Origin: Minisyncoccota bacterium
Lineage (GTDB): Bacteria > Patescibacteriota > Minisyncoccia > Phycocordibacterales > Phycocordibacteraceae
NCBI GenBank assembly: GCA_018062765.1
Contig: JAGORR010000001.1
Coordinates: forward strand, 356,930 to 420,929
Length of the DNA: 64,000 bases
Reading direction: 5' to 3'
Positions 36,946 to 45,743 of the stretch are shown one piece after another (the stretch's first letter is position 1; the number at the start of each line of letters is the position of its first letter). The notes beneath the pieces are model-generated. The model made no database searches. It saw nothing but the letters and a program-made list of their open reading frames with translations, and was not told where the DNA came from. Position numbers and translations under genes: made by a program.

Positions 36946-37947
36946 ATGGATTCCTTCTGGAGCCGGCTGCCACGGCCCTTTTTCGTGCTCGCCCCTATGG
37001 CGGACGTGACCGACGCAGCCTTCCGCTCACTCATCGCGGAGAAGGGCGCGCCGCACGTAACCTGGACCGAGTTCGTCTCGGCTGACGGCCTCTATCACAC
37101 GCGCGAGCCGCGCAGCGATGGTTCCGTCGTGTACGCCTCGGACGCTGAGAATCCGCTCATCCGGGACCTCCGCTTCACGGAGGGCGAGCGACCCATCGTC
37201 GCACAGCTCTTCTCCGCAAAGCCGGAAATGATGAGATACGGTGCGAAGCTGTGCGCGGAGCTCGGATTCGATGGTATCGATATCAATATGGGTTGCCCGG
37301 ATAAGACCATCGAGAAGCAGGGCTGCGGCGCGGCGATGATCAAGGACCCGGCACTTGCTGCGAGCGTTCTTGAGGCTGCACGCGAGGGCGCTCGAGAAGG
37401 GAGGGCAGGCGGATTGCCGGTCTCCGTAAAGACCCGTATCGGATACAGCCGCGAAGACATCGACGGCTGGATACGTCATGCCATAACCATGCGTCCTGAT
37501 GCTCTTACGGTGCATCTGCGTACACGCAAAGAGATGTCCTTAGTGCCCGCGCACTGGGAGCTGATGCCGCGTATCGTTGCGCTGCGTGATGAAATAGCGC
37601 CCGGGATGCCAATCATCGGAAACGGGGATGCGGAGGATCTGGATGATGCGCGAAAAAAAGCAGAAGCGTCCGGATGCGATGGCGTCATGCTCGGCCGAGG
37701 TATATTCGGCAATCCATGGCTGTTTTCAGGCAGGAATCTCGCTGATATTCCTCTCGACGAGAGGCTAGCAGCACTCGTCGAGCTCGCCAAGCGCTTCGAG
37801 ACGCTCGCACCCCGAAAATCATTCCACATACTAAAGAAGCACGTAAAAGCGTTCGTAAAGGATTTCGATGGGGCGGCCGAATTGCGCGGCAAGCTCATGC
37901 AAACGGAAACTGCGGCAGAACTCGAGAACGTCGCTGGTACGCTATAA
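36946..37947 (+). CDS. tRNA-dihydrouridine synthase
   Basis: FVLAPMADVTDAAFR N-terminal Dus motif; TIM-barrel flavoenzyme length. Confidence 0.85.
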   Translation: MDSFWSRLPRPFFVLAPMADVTDAAFRSLIAEKGAPHVTWTEFVSADGLYHTREPRSDGSVVYASDAENPLIRDLRFTEGERPIVAQLFSAKPEMMRYGAKLCAELGFDGIDINMGCPDKTIEKQGCGAAMIKDPALAASVLEAAREGAREGRAGGLPVSVKTRIGYSREDIDGWIRHAITMRPDALTVHLRTRKEMSLVPAHWELMPRIVALRDEIAPGMPIIGNGDAEDLDDARKKAEASGCDGVMLGRGIFGNPWLFSGRNLADIPLDERLAALVELAKRFETLAPRKSFHILKKHVKAFVKDFDGAAELRGKLMQTETAAELENVAGTL

Positions 37948-37959
37948 TCGGGGCACGCT

Positions 37960-39003
37960 ATGGCAGAACTCTCCTTGTATCGTCGCTACCGTCCGCAGTC
38001 CTTCAAAGAAGTCATGGGGCAGGAGCATATTACGGGGACTCTTGAAAGTCAGGTCGAGGGTAAGACGTTCGCGCACGCGTACCTGTTTGCCGGCTCTAGG
38101 GGTTTGGGAAAGACGTCCATAGCGCGCATTTTCGCTCGCGAACTAGGTGCGGATGAGCGCGACATAAGGGAGATCGACGCAGCAAGCCACAACGGCGTCG
38201 ATCACATCCGCGCGCTTTCAGAAGAGGTGTACACGATGCCGTTCTCCTCGCCCTATAAGGTCTACATACTGGATGAGGCGCACATGCTCTCTAAGAACGC
38301 ATGGAATGCGTTTCTGAAGACTTTGGAGGAGCCGCCCGCGCACGCGGTTTTCATCCTCGCGACGACAGAGCTCGAGAAAGTACCGGAGACCGTAAAATCC
38401 CGGTGCCAGGTGTTCGAGTTCAGGAAGCCATCTAAAGGTGCGCTCGCAAAGCTCGTGGCGTCGGTCGCGAAGAAGGAGGGGTACCAGATAGAGACTGCAG
38501 CAGCAGACCTCGTCGCCATGCTCGCCGACGGTTCGTACCGTGATTCACTCTCGGTACTCGAGCGCGTCCTCGCTTCCGCGAGCGACAGGAGCATCACGCT
38601 TTCAGAGACTGAGAAGGTCACGGGAGCTCCGAAGCGCGAGCTCGTGGCAACGCTTGCCGCAGCGCTCGGCAAAGGGGACGCTGGCGAAGCGCTCGCCACG
38701 CTTAGAAGGGCATCAGAAGGGGACGTAGATATGTCGCTTTACCTCGATCTTCTGCTCGAATACGTGCGCGCAACGCTGCTCGTTCGTTACGCACCGACGC
38801 TCCGCAAGGTGATAGAGGAGGAGCAGGGGGGCGATGCGTACGCGGGAATCCTCGCGCTCGCTGAAGACAAGGACTCGAAGCTGACGCACGACGTCCTGAA
38901 AGCACTCCTTGAAGCAGCCTCCCAGATGCGGTACGCGAGCGTGCCTGCGCTACCCCTGGAGCTTGCGATACTCGGGCTTTTTGCAGGCAGCAGAGAGTTA
39001 TAA
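37960..39003 (+). CDS. dnaX: DNA polymerase III subunit gamma/tau (short, 347 aa) or delta-prime-like clamp-loader subunit
   Basis: YRPQSF...GQEH...AYLFAGSRGLGKTS Walker A, DEAHML Walker B, SRC-like TVKSRCQVFEF. Confidence 0.7.
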   Translation: MAELSLYRRYRPQSFKEVMGQEHITGTLESQVEGKTFAHAYLFAGSRGLGKTSIARIFARELGADERDIREIDAASHNGVDHIRALSEEVYTMPFSSPYKVYILDEAHMLSKNAWNAFLKTLEEPPAHAVFILATTELEKVPETVKSRCQVFEFRKPSKGALAKLVASVAKKEGYQIETAAADLVAMLADGSYRDSLSVLERVLASASDRSITLSETEKVTGAPKRELVATLAAALGKGDAGEALATLRRASEGDVDMSLYLDLLLEYVRATLLVRYAPTLRKVIEEEQGGDAYAGILALAEDKDSKLTHDVLKALLEAASQMRYASVPALPLELAILGLFAGSREL

Positions 39004-39013
39004 TCAAAACACC

Positions 39014-39328
39014 ATGCAGAAAAGGATACTGCTCATAGAAGTGCTCCTGACGCTTGCGGTTAACTCGTTGCTTCTCATCAACCTGCCATACCTCACTGAT
39101 TCATACCCAGACTTAGCTGCGCTCGCTGGCGCGGTAATCTTGTTTGCTTTCCTTTCGGTGATCAACATAACGATGATCATCCGTTCGTTTGTGAATAAGG
39201 AAGCAAATAACCGCAAGGCGTATGTACTGGCATTGATCGTTACATTCCTGCTCGGCCCAGTATTGATGTATTTCATGCTCGACACGTTCGGTAGCTGGAT
39301 CATGGAGGTGAGCGCGTCCCTCGTTTAA
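39014..39328 (+). CDS. Small polytopic membrane protein, hypothetical
   Basis: 104 aa from the MQKRILL Met; 3 predicted TM helices. Confidence 0.4.
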   Translation: MQKRILLIEVLLTLAVNSLLLINLPYLTDSYPDLAALAGAVILFAFLSVINITMIIRSFVNKEANNRKAYVLALIVTFLLGPVLMYFMLDTFGSWIMEVSASLV

Positions 39329-39372
39329 TCAAGTCTTTTCAATTTTCGTAACCGTTGTATCGTTAGAGTCAT

Positions 39373-39443
39373 TGGGGGGTCGTCTAATGGTAGGACAGAG
39401 GCCTTTGAAGCCTTTAATTTTGGTTCGACTCCAAGCCCCCCAG
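39373..39443 (+). tRNA. tRNA-Gln (anticodon TTG)
   Basis: Acceptor TGGGGGG/CCCCCCA, anticodon stem GAGGC/GCCTT with loop CTTTGAA, T arm TTTGG-TTCGACT-CCAAG, discriminator G. Confidence 0.8.
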
Positions 39444-39538
39444 CCAACTTGAGCGAGGTTCTTGCGTCCGAGACGCATTGAACTAAGCCAAGACTCCATT
39501 CAGAAAAGGCATACCGGCTGAGAGTCGCATTCAGAACG

Positions 39539-39563
39539 AAAAACCGCCCTAGGGCGGTTTTTC
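39539..39563 (+). terminator. Intrinsic terminator AAAAACCGCCC-ta-GGGCGGTTTTT
   Basis: Hairpin plus U-tract; a TATAAT-like -10 box at 39573-39578 precedes the next gene. Confidence 0.65.
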
Positions 39564-39585
39564 GTTTGCGCGTTATAATTGGATT

Positions 39586-40233
39586 ATGAAGGTTACGAAA
39601 TTCGCCCATTCCTGTCTCCTCATCGAAACCGATGAAGTTCGTATCCTTACCGATCTGGGCTCTTGGAATACTGGGGTTCCAGATATATCCGATCTCAATG
39701 CAGTTCTTATAACCCACGAACATGCGGATCATTTCGAGCCAGAGAAGCTCAAGGTTGTTCTAGAGAAGAACCCCGAAGCGAAGGTTATAACTCATGCGGC
39801 TGTAGGCTCGAAGCTCGAGGAAGTGGGAATCGCCTATACCACTATCGAGCCAGGGCAGAACATCGACGTAAACGACGTTTCTATTGAAAGCTACGGAACT
39901 GACCATGCGATTATCTACGGCGATACTTCACCTTGCCGCAACACGGGCTACCTCATTGCCGGAAAGCTATTTATTCCAGGTGATGCGCTTCATGATGTGC
40001 CACCAAAACAGGTTGAGATTCTTGCGCTCCCAACAGGGGGCCCATGGCTGAAGATCTCAGAAGCTATCGACTACGGTAAGGCAATAAAACCGAAGATTAC
40101 ATTTCCAATACACGACGCGATGTATACCGATGCATACAAGCAAACTAGTATTCCTCGCTGGATCGGGACGCAGCTTGAGGCGAACGGAACTAAGTTTATA
40201 AACATGGCGGATAACTCCACTGAAGAATTCTAG
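39586..40233 (+). CDS. MBL-fold metallo-hydrolase
   Basis: HEHADH metal-binding motif (H.H.DH). Confidence 0.7.
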   Translation: MKVTKFAHSCLLIETDEVRILTDLGSWNTGVPDISDLNAVLITHEHADHFEPEKLKVVLEKNPEAKVITHAAVGSKLEEVGIAYTTIEPGQNIDVNDVSIESYGTDHAIIYGDTSPCRNTGYLIAGKLFIPGDALHDVPPKQVEILALPTGGPWLKISEAIDYGKAIKPKITFPIHDAMYTDAYKQTSIPRWIGTQLEANGTKFINMADNSTEEF

Positions 40234-40384
40234 ACATGAAACTCTTTCTAGCTTCGTCAGCAGATAAGACTCTTTCAGAATTAGAAAAAGTTTGCCCTAA
40301 GATTGGGAAGAGGGTTCTATTCAGGAACCGCCCATAGGGGCCGCGTGTCTGGTACATCGGCGAAGGCTCGCTTAGAATGCACGA

Positions 40385-40783
40385 ATGGCGACAAAAGCGA
40401 CGATTCGTACTCCGGAAACAGAGGCCAGGTACGCGGCAGAGCGGAGCAGACGCCCTGCGGACTACGGGTGTCCTCTCTGTAAGGCAGAGACGGTGAAGGA
40501 TTTCACCCATTGGAGGATCGTGCGCAATGATTTCCCGTACGACCTTATTGCGAAGCAGCACGACATGATCCTCTCCAAGAGGCACGTGACGGAGCATGAG
40601 CTCACGGAGGAAGAGAAAGCAGAGTACGCGACTATCAAGGACGGATATGCCCAGGAGCAGGGATATAACTACATCGCTGAAGCGACGCATGACGCGAAAT
40701 CCGTACCTGCGCACCACCACGTACATCTCATAACGCTGCGGGACGATAACTGGGAGAGGATAGCTTCACCGGCAGTTCATTAA
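40385..40783 (+). CDS. Hypothetical protein, possibly HIT-like nucleotide hydrolase/transferase fold
   Basis: 132 aa; CPLC pair and a His-rich C-terminus (HHHVHL); assignment is weak. Confidence 0.3.
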   Translation: MATKATIRTPETEARYAAERSRRPADYGCPLCKAETVKDFTHWRIVRNDFPYDLIAKQHDMILSKRHVTEHELTEEEKAEYATIKDGYAQEQGYNYIAEATHDAKSVPAHHHVHLITLRDDNWERIASPAVH

Positions 40784-40884
40784 GCACGCGGTACAAGTAG
40801 CTGCTGAGTCGTGGTGCGTTGCGGCGTCAACCGACGGCGCGCGTAGTACGATTAAGACGCGCCTTATCAGGAATCACTTCACCC

Positions 40885-41037
40885 ATGCTTTACACCATCG
40901 CGACCATCCTGCTGATCCTCTGGATCCTAGGATTCGTGACCGGCTACACCATAGGGAATTTCATCCATATTCTCCTCGTGATTGCCGTGATCATGATCCT
41001 CATCCGTCTCATCCGCGGAGAGAACCCCATCGCCTGA
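40885..41037 (+). CDS. Small two-TM membrane protein (lmo0937-like family)
   Basis: 50 aa: MLYTIATILLILWILGFVTGYTIGNFIHILLVIAVIMILIRLIRGENPIA. Confidence 0.5.
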   Translation: MLYTIATILLILWILGFVTGYTIGNFIHILLVIAVIMILIRLIRGENPIA

Positions 41038-41067
41038 CCTTTACCCGTACCCACTAGCATTATCCTC

Positions 41068-41250
41068 ATGAACCAAGGCAACAGCACCACCAACGTCATA
41101 CTCGTACTCCTCTTAGTCGCTGTCGTAGGCCTCGGTGTCTGGTACTTCGCGTACCGCACACCTGTTGAAGAGTCGTCAGACGCCGGGATTAACATCGAAC
41201 TTGATGGCGGCGGAAGCGGAGAGTCCGACGGAACTGACACAACCTTCTAG
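41068..41250 (+). CDS. Small membrane protein, hypothetical
   Basis: 60 aa; one TM helix (VILVLLLVAVVGLGVWYFAY) and an acidic Gly-rich tail. Confidence 0.4.
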   Translation: MNQGNSTTNVILVLLLVAVVGLGVWYFAYRTPVEESSDAGINIELDGGGSGESDGTDTTF

Positions 41251-41271
41251 CGAGCGAGGTGCTCTAAGCGC

Positions 41272-41544
41272 ATGGATGACTTTCTCAAGATGGACGTGTT
41301 CTTCGTTGTCGCGACGGGGAGCATGCTCATCCTCAGCGCGTTCGCCGCAATCATCCTTTGGCGCATCGCGCGTATCCTCAAGGAAGTAGAGCGCGTAACC
41401 CGTGAGGTCGCGGCCGAGAGCGAGCTCATCCGCGCGGATATAGAGGACTTCAGAGGTCGCGTTCGCACTGGGAAGGCGACATTCCGCTCATTCATGCGGC
41501 TTATCGGGAACCTCGGGAAACATGGACGAAGCAAGGACGATTAG
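41272..41544 (+). CDS. Hypothetical membrane-anchored protein
   Basis: 90 aa; N-terminal TM helix followed by a charged helical region. Confidence 0.4.
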   Translation: MDDFLKMDVFFVVATGSMLILSAFAAIILWRIARILKEVERVTREVAAESELIRADIEDFRGRVRTGKATFRSFMRLIGNLGKHGRSKDD

Positions 41545-41561
41545 CGGCTAAGCATACGCAC

Positions 41562-41960
41562 ATGGATAAGAAAACCACCCAAGCACTTGAGATCGGCGCA
41601 GGCGTCGCGGCCGCAGCGGCGATAGTCGGTGCCGGTTATTACTTCTACGCGAGTCCGGAAGCGAAGAAGCATCGGCAAGCGGCTTCGAAGTGGGCTACCG
41701 GTCTTAAGCGGTCGGTTATCAAGGAAGCGAAGAAGCTCGGGAAGCTCGACGCTAAATCAATCGCTCGCATCGTCGACGATGCGGCTATGGCATACGAGGA
41801 TGCAAGAAACCTCAAGAAGTCGGACCTCACAGCAGCGATGAAGGAGCTGAAGTCGAACTGGAAGCTGGTTGCGGCAGAGGCTGGGGCCGGTGCTACTGGC
41901 GCAGCAAGGACTGCCGTGAAGCGGGCGGCGCCTAGGAAGTCTGCAAAGAAGAGATCATAG
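41562..41960 (+). CDS. Hypothetical protein (Ala/Lys-rich)
   Basis: 132 aa; N-terminal TM/Ala-rich segment. Confidence 0.4.
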   Translation: MDKKTTQALEIGAGVAAAAAIVGAGYYFYASPEAKKHRQAASKWATGLKRSVIKEAKKLGKLDAKSIARIVDDAAMAYEDARNLKKSDLTAAMKELKSNWKLVAAEAGAGATGAARTAVKRAAPRKSAKKRS

Positions 41961-41963
41961 CGC

Positions 41964-42296
41964 ATGAACATACTCATCCGTTGGCTGCTGTTCGCTCTCG
42001 CTATCTACGTATCTGCATATGTCGTGCCGGACGTGGAGACGACCGTGCCCGCCGCCTTCGTGCTCGCGATCGTACTGGGCCTCATCAATGCGTTCCTGAA
42101 GCCGATTCTCGTGCTTCTGACGCTCCCCATAACGATCGTCACGCTCGGTCTCTTCGCGCTCGTCCTCAACGCACTCCTCGTCATGCTCGCGGACGCCATC
42201 GTGCCTGGGTTCGAGACAGCTGGATTCATTTCAGCGCTCCTGTTCTCAATCGTGCTTGCGCTGGTCGGCTATGTACTGAAGCGCTTCGATGATTAA
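41964..42296 (+). CDS. Phage-holin-4-2 / DUF360 family membrane protein
   Basis: 110 aa; 3-4 TM helices; sequence pattern typical of the DUF360 family. Confidence 0.5.
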   Translation: MNILIRWLLFALAIYVSAYVVPDVETTVPAAFVLAIVLGLINAFLKPILVLLTLPITIVTLGLFALVLNALLVMLADAIVPGFETAGFISALLFSIVLALVGYVLKRFDD

Positions 42297-42356
42297 GTGC
42301 TATAGTCCCCGACAGGCTCAGGTTCCTTCCTGAAGCGGACAAGCAAGGGGGTATAG

Positions 42357-42902
42357 ATGGTCACTAAGCCACGTGCCTGGGGTGTAAAAGCACCTGCGGC
42401 AGAGCCAGGCACGGATACGAAACTCAAAGTTCTCATTCTGGTAAAGAAGGGGTGCGACGATCTGGCTCGAGCAGTGAAAATGGAGCTCGAACAGTTCGGC
42501 ATCGCATACGGATGCGTGCCCTTGAAGTCCAGCACCGGGTGCGGTGCTGCCTCGAGCATAGTGCGCACCTGCCCGGAGAGCGGTTACGGCGCGATTATCG
42601 TCATCTCAGGCGACTCCGTCCACGAAGCACACATGCTCACGCGAGCGAGCGTCGTGCCCATGTGCCTGGTGCTCAACACCGGAGGCAGGTCAGCTAAGCA
42701 TTGGTTGCGCTCCATGTCGGACCTGATTGGCGTTGAGGTCGGAAGCGGCATACCGGTCTTTCTCTCGGGTGATCCGCATGATGACCTAACCGCAGCAGGG
42801 AACGCGGCGCTCCACGCCGCGAAGTGCCTCGCGCTCCACGACCAAAAGCTGCGCAAACGCATCTACATGCTCATCGTAGAGGGTTCTCCAGCTTCGATAT
42901 GA
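42357..42902 (+). CDS. Hypothetical protein, possible PurE/AIR-carboxylase-like flavodoxin fold
   Basis: 181 aa; KVLILVKKGCDDL...AIIVISGDS...PVFLSGDP alternation resembles the PurE-class fold; weak. Confidence 0.25.
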   Translation: MVTKPRAWGVKAPAAEPGTDTKLKVLILVKKGCDDLARAVKMELEQFGIAYGCVPLKSSTGCGAASSIVRTCPESGYGAIIVISGDSVHEAHMLTRASVVPMCLVLNTGGRSAKHWLRSMSDLIGVEVGSGIPVFLSGDPHDDLTAAGNAALHAAKCLALHDQKLRKRIYMLIVEGSPASI

Positions 42903-42989
42903 CATCGCGCGCCGCACGCTCTGTGCGGCGCGTTCCTTTATCCCTCATCGCGAGGCATGGTGCTCTACGCGTAGCCTATACTAGAGCGC

Positions 42990-45731
42990 ATGGAGGGAAC
43001 ACGGCAGCTTACGACTCCCGAGGAGGAGCTTGCCTACTTGCGTGCGCAAGTAGAGGAGAAAGAACGCGAGCTCGCGGGGCGCGCGCAGGAAGCACCGCGC
43101 AACACTCTCGTGCACGAGCGTATCCTTCATCACCGGCGCGAGATGCCAGAGACGGTGCTCGCTCCGTCCTACAAGCTACCTGAAGCTGAAGTGGAAGGCA
43201 TCGCGCTGGATCTCGATCCGGATGATAACGACGCAACGATGGCGGAACTTCAGGGAATCATGGAGGAGAAGGGTATCAAGAATGCGCTCTCGGTCCTTGA
43301 AAAGCTCCGGAATCCGCATCTCGATGACGACTTCCATCGATTCCTGGTGCAGTACGTCGTCGCTGGAATGCAGGTGAAGGGGCTCGGGGAACGGGAACCA
43401 GCATGGAAGGCGCTCCACATGACTCTCTACGAGGTCATCCTTCCGGAGCCCGGCAAGGACTCGGACGCGCGAGAGAAGACCTTGAAGGAACTCATCTCCT
43501 CGATGGAGCAGTTCTATGCAGGCATGCTCTCGGTGGGGGATGCGAGCGCGAGCGAGCCGGGCTATTTCTCGATGGAGCTCGCTGTTCCCGCTAATCGTCC
43601 GGAGCTCCTTTTCTATGTCGCTGTGCCTAACGGCAAGCGCGCGCTCTTTGAGCAGCAGCTCTTGGCAACCTTTCCGAACGCGAACATTCGTCCGCAGCCG
43701 AACGATTACAACATATTCAGCGAGGATGGCGTTGCCGTAGGCGCCTCTGCGACGCTAGCTGACAAAGGCGTGCTTCCTCTCAAGGATTATGCTGATTTCG
43801 ACTACGACCCGTTGAATACGGTTCTGGGTGCCTTCGCGAAGATCGAGAAGGCGAGCGAGGGAGCGGCGCTCCAAGTCATCATCGAGCGCGATACGCACCA
43901 CCTGGAACATTACCGCCGGATACTCGGAGCGCTCCGTCGCGGCGAATCGAAGGATCGTGCGCTCTCGATGCCGGAGACATTCGTGGGCGAGGCCGCGCGC
44001 GAGATCGGGTCAGCGCTCTTCCCGGGCTCACGCAAATGGGAGAACGAAGTTGAGAAGAGAGCCGAAAGGAAAGATGGGAACCAGGCTTTGATTGAGCAGA
44101 TAGAGAAGAAGATCGCAGCTCCCATCGTAAAGACGACGCTCCGTCTCATGGTGTCCTCGCCGACCCACACCCGCGCGGAGTCAGGGCTCGCGGACCTTGA
44201 GGCGGCATTCAATCAGTTCACCAACACCGTAGGCAACAAAATCAACTGGAATCGGTTCTCAGGCACCAAGGTACAGAGCCTTTTCCATGCATTCTCTTAC
44301 CGTTTGCCGGCGAAGGACGCGATACCGCTTTCTCTTCGAGAGGTCACGAGCCTCTACCACTTCCCGCCCGAGGGCATCAGCTCTACGCCGCAACTCCGGC
44401 AGTCGCGCTTCACTGCGGCCGCTGCGCCCTTGGATCTCCCTGACTCGGGGACGTATCTCGGGGATAACGAGTTCCGCGGACGGAAGACTGCGGCATTCCT
44501 GTCGCCGGAGGACCGCATGCGGCACCTCTATGTCGTCGGACAGACGGGAACCGGTAAGTCGGTATTCATGAGGAATCTCGCCATACAGGACATCAAGGCA
44601 GGGAACGGCGTCTGCTTCATCGACCCCCACGGGAACGACATCCTCGATATCCTCGCGGCTGTACCTCCCGAGAGATACGAGGATGTCATCTATTTCGATC
44701 CGGCGAACCTGGCGCGTCCGTTCGGCCTCAACTTGCTTGAATACGATGCGAGCCGCCCAGAGCAGAAAACCTTCATCGTTAATGAGATCCTCGCGATATT
44801 CCGCCGCCTCTACGGGGACGTGCCGGAGTCGATGGGTCCTGCGTTCGAGCAGTACTTCCGCAACTCAACCCTCCTGGTGATGGAGGACCCGGCATCGGGC
44901 TCGACCTTACTCGATATCGCGCGAGTCCTTTCGAACAAGGAGTTCCGCGACCTGAAACTCTCGCGAAGTAATAATCCGGTCATAAACCAGTTCTGGAACG
45001 AGATAGCGACGAAGGCTGAAGGAGAGGCATCGCTTCAAAACATCGTTCCGTACATCACTAACAAGTTCGATGACTTCACCGCGAACGACTTCATGCGGCC
45101 AATCGTCGGGCAGCAGGAATCCTCGTTCAAATTCCGTGAGGTGATGGACAACAAGAAGATACTCCTTGTGAACCTCTCTAAAGGAAGGCTCGGGGAACGA
45201 AACGCCAACCTCCTGGGCCTCATCCTCGTCGGGAAGATATTCATGGCTGCGCTCTCTCGTGCAGATAACCCGAGGGCAGACTACGCGCCGTTCTACCTCT
45301 ATATCGACGAATTCCAGAACATAACTACGGACTCCATACCGGGAATCCTCTCCGAGGCTCGCAAATACCGGCTTTCGCTTACCATGGCGCACCAGTTTCT
45401 GGCGCAGGTGGATGAGAAGGTGCGGGATGCCGTGTTCGGGAACGTCGGCTCCATGGCCGTGTTCCGCGTCGGCGAGGAAGATGGCGAGTACTTCGAGAAG
45501 CAGTTCGCGCCGGTGTTCTCCGCGCTCGATTTCGTGAACATAGAGAATTACAACGCGTACGTCAGACTCCTTGCGCGCGGCGTGCCGCAGAAGCCATTCA
45601 ATATAAAGACGCCGCCACCGGCCGCCACGAACCCTGCGCAGGTGGACGACCTCAGAGAGCTCTCAGCACTCGTCTACGGCCGCGACCGTACACAGGTGGA
45701 AAACCTTATCAGAAGCAGGTACATGTCATAA
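42990..45731 (+). CDS. Large P-loop NTPase, T4SS-type (VirB4/TraC/TraD-like) or HerA/DUF87-like, with an N-terminal ~480-aa domain of unknown function
   Basis: 913 aa; Walker A GQTGTGKSVF and Walker B LYIDEFQN in the C-terminal half; no N-terminal TM helices. Confidence 0.5.
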   Translation: MEGTRQLTTPEEELAYLRAQVEEKERELAGRAQEAPRNTLVHERILHHRREMPETVLAPSYKLPEAEVEGIALDLDPDDNDATMAELQGIMEEKGIKNALSVLEKLRNPHLDDDFHRFLVQYVVAGMQVKGLGEREPAWKALHMTLYEVILPEPGKDSDAREKTLKELISSMEQFYAGMLSVGDASASEPGYFSMELAVPANRPELLFYVAVPNGKRALFEQQLLATFPNANIRPQPNDYNIFSEDGVAVGASATLADKGVLPLKDYADFDYDPLNTVLGAFAKIEKASEGAALQVIIERDTHHLEHYRRILGALRRGESKDRALSMPETFVGEAAREIGSALFPGSRKWENEVEKRAERKDGNQALIEQIEKKIAAPIVKTTLRLMVSSPTHTRAESGLADLEAAFNQFTNTVGNKINWNRFSGTKVQSLFHAFSYRLPAKDAIPLSLREVTSLYHFPPEGISSTPQLRQSRFTAAAAPLDLPDSGTYLGDNEFRGRKTAAFLSPEDRMRHLYVVGQTGTGKSVFMRNLAIQDIKAGNGVCFIDPHGNDILDILAAVPPERYEDVIYFDPANLARPFGLNLLEYDASRPEQKTFIVNEILAIFRRLYGDVPESMGPAFEQYFRNSTLLVMEDPASGSTLLDIARVLSNKEFRDLKLSRSNNPVINQFWNEIATKAEGEASLQNIVPYITNKFDDFTANDFMRPIVGQQESSFKFREVMDNKKILLVNLSKGRLGERNANLLGLILVGKIFMAALSRADNPRADYAPFYLYIDEFQNITTDSIPGILSEARKYRLSLTMAHQFLAQVDEKVRDAVFGNVGSMAVFRVGEEDGEYFEKQFAPVFSALDFVNIENYNAYVRLLARGVPQKPFNIKTPPPAATNPAQVDDLRELSALVYGRDRTQVENLIRSRYMS

Positions 45732-45743
45732 TCACAGCTATAT

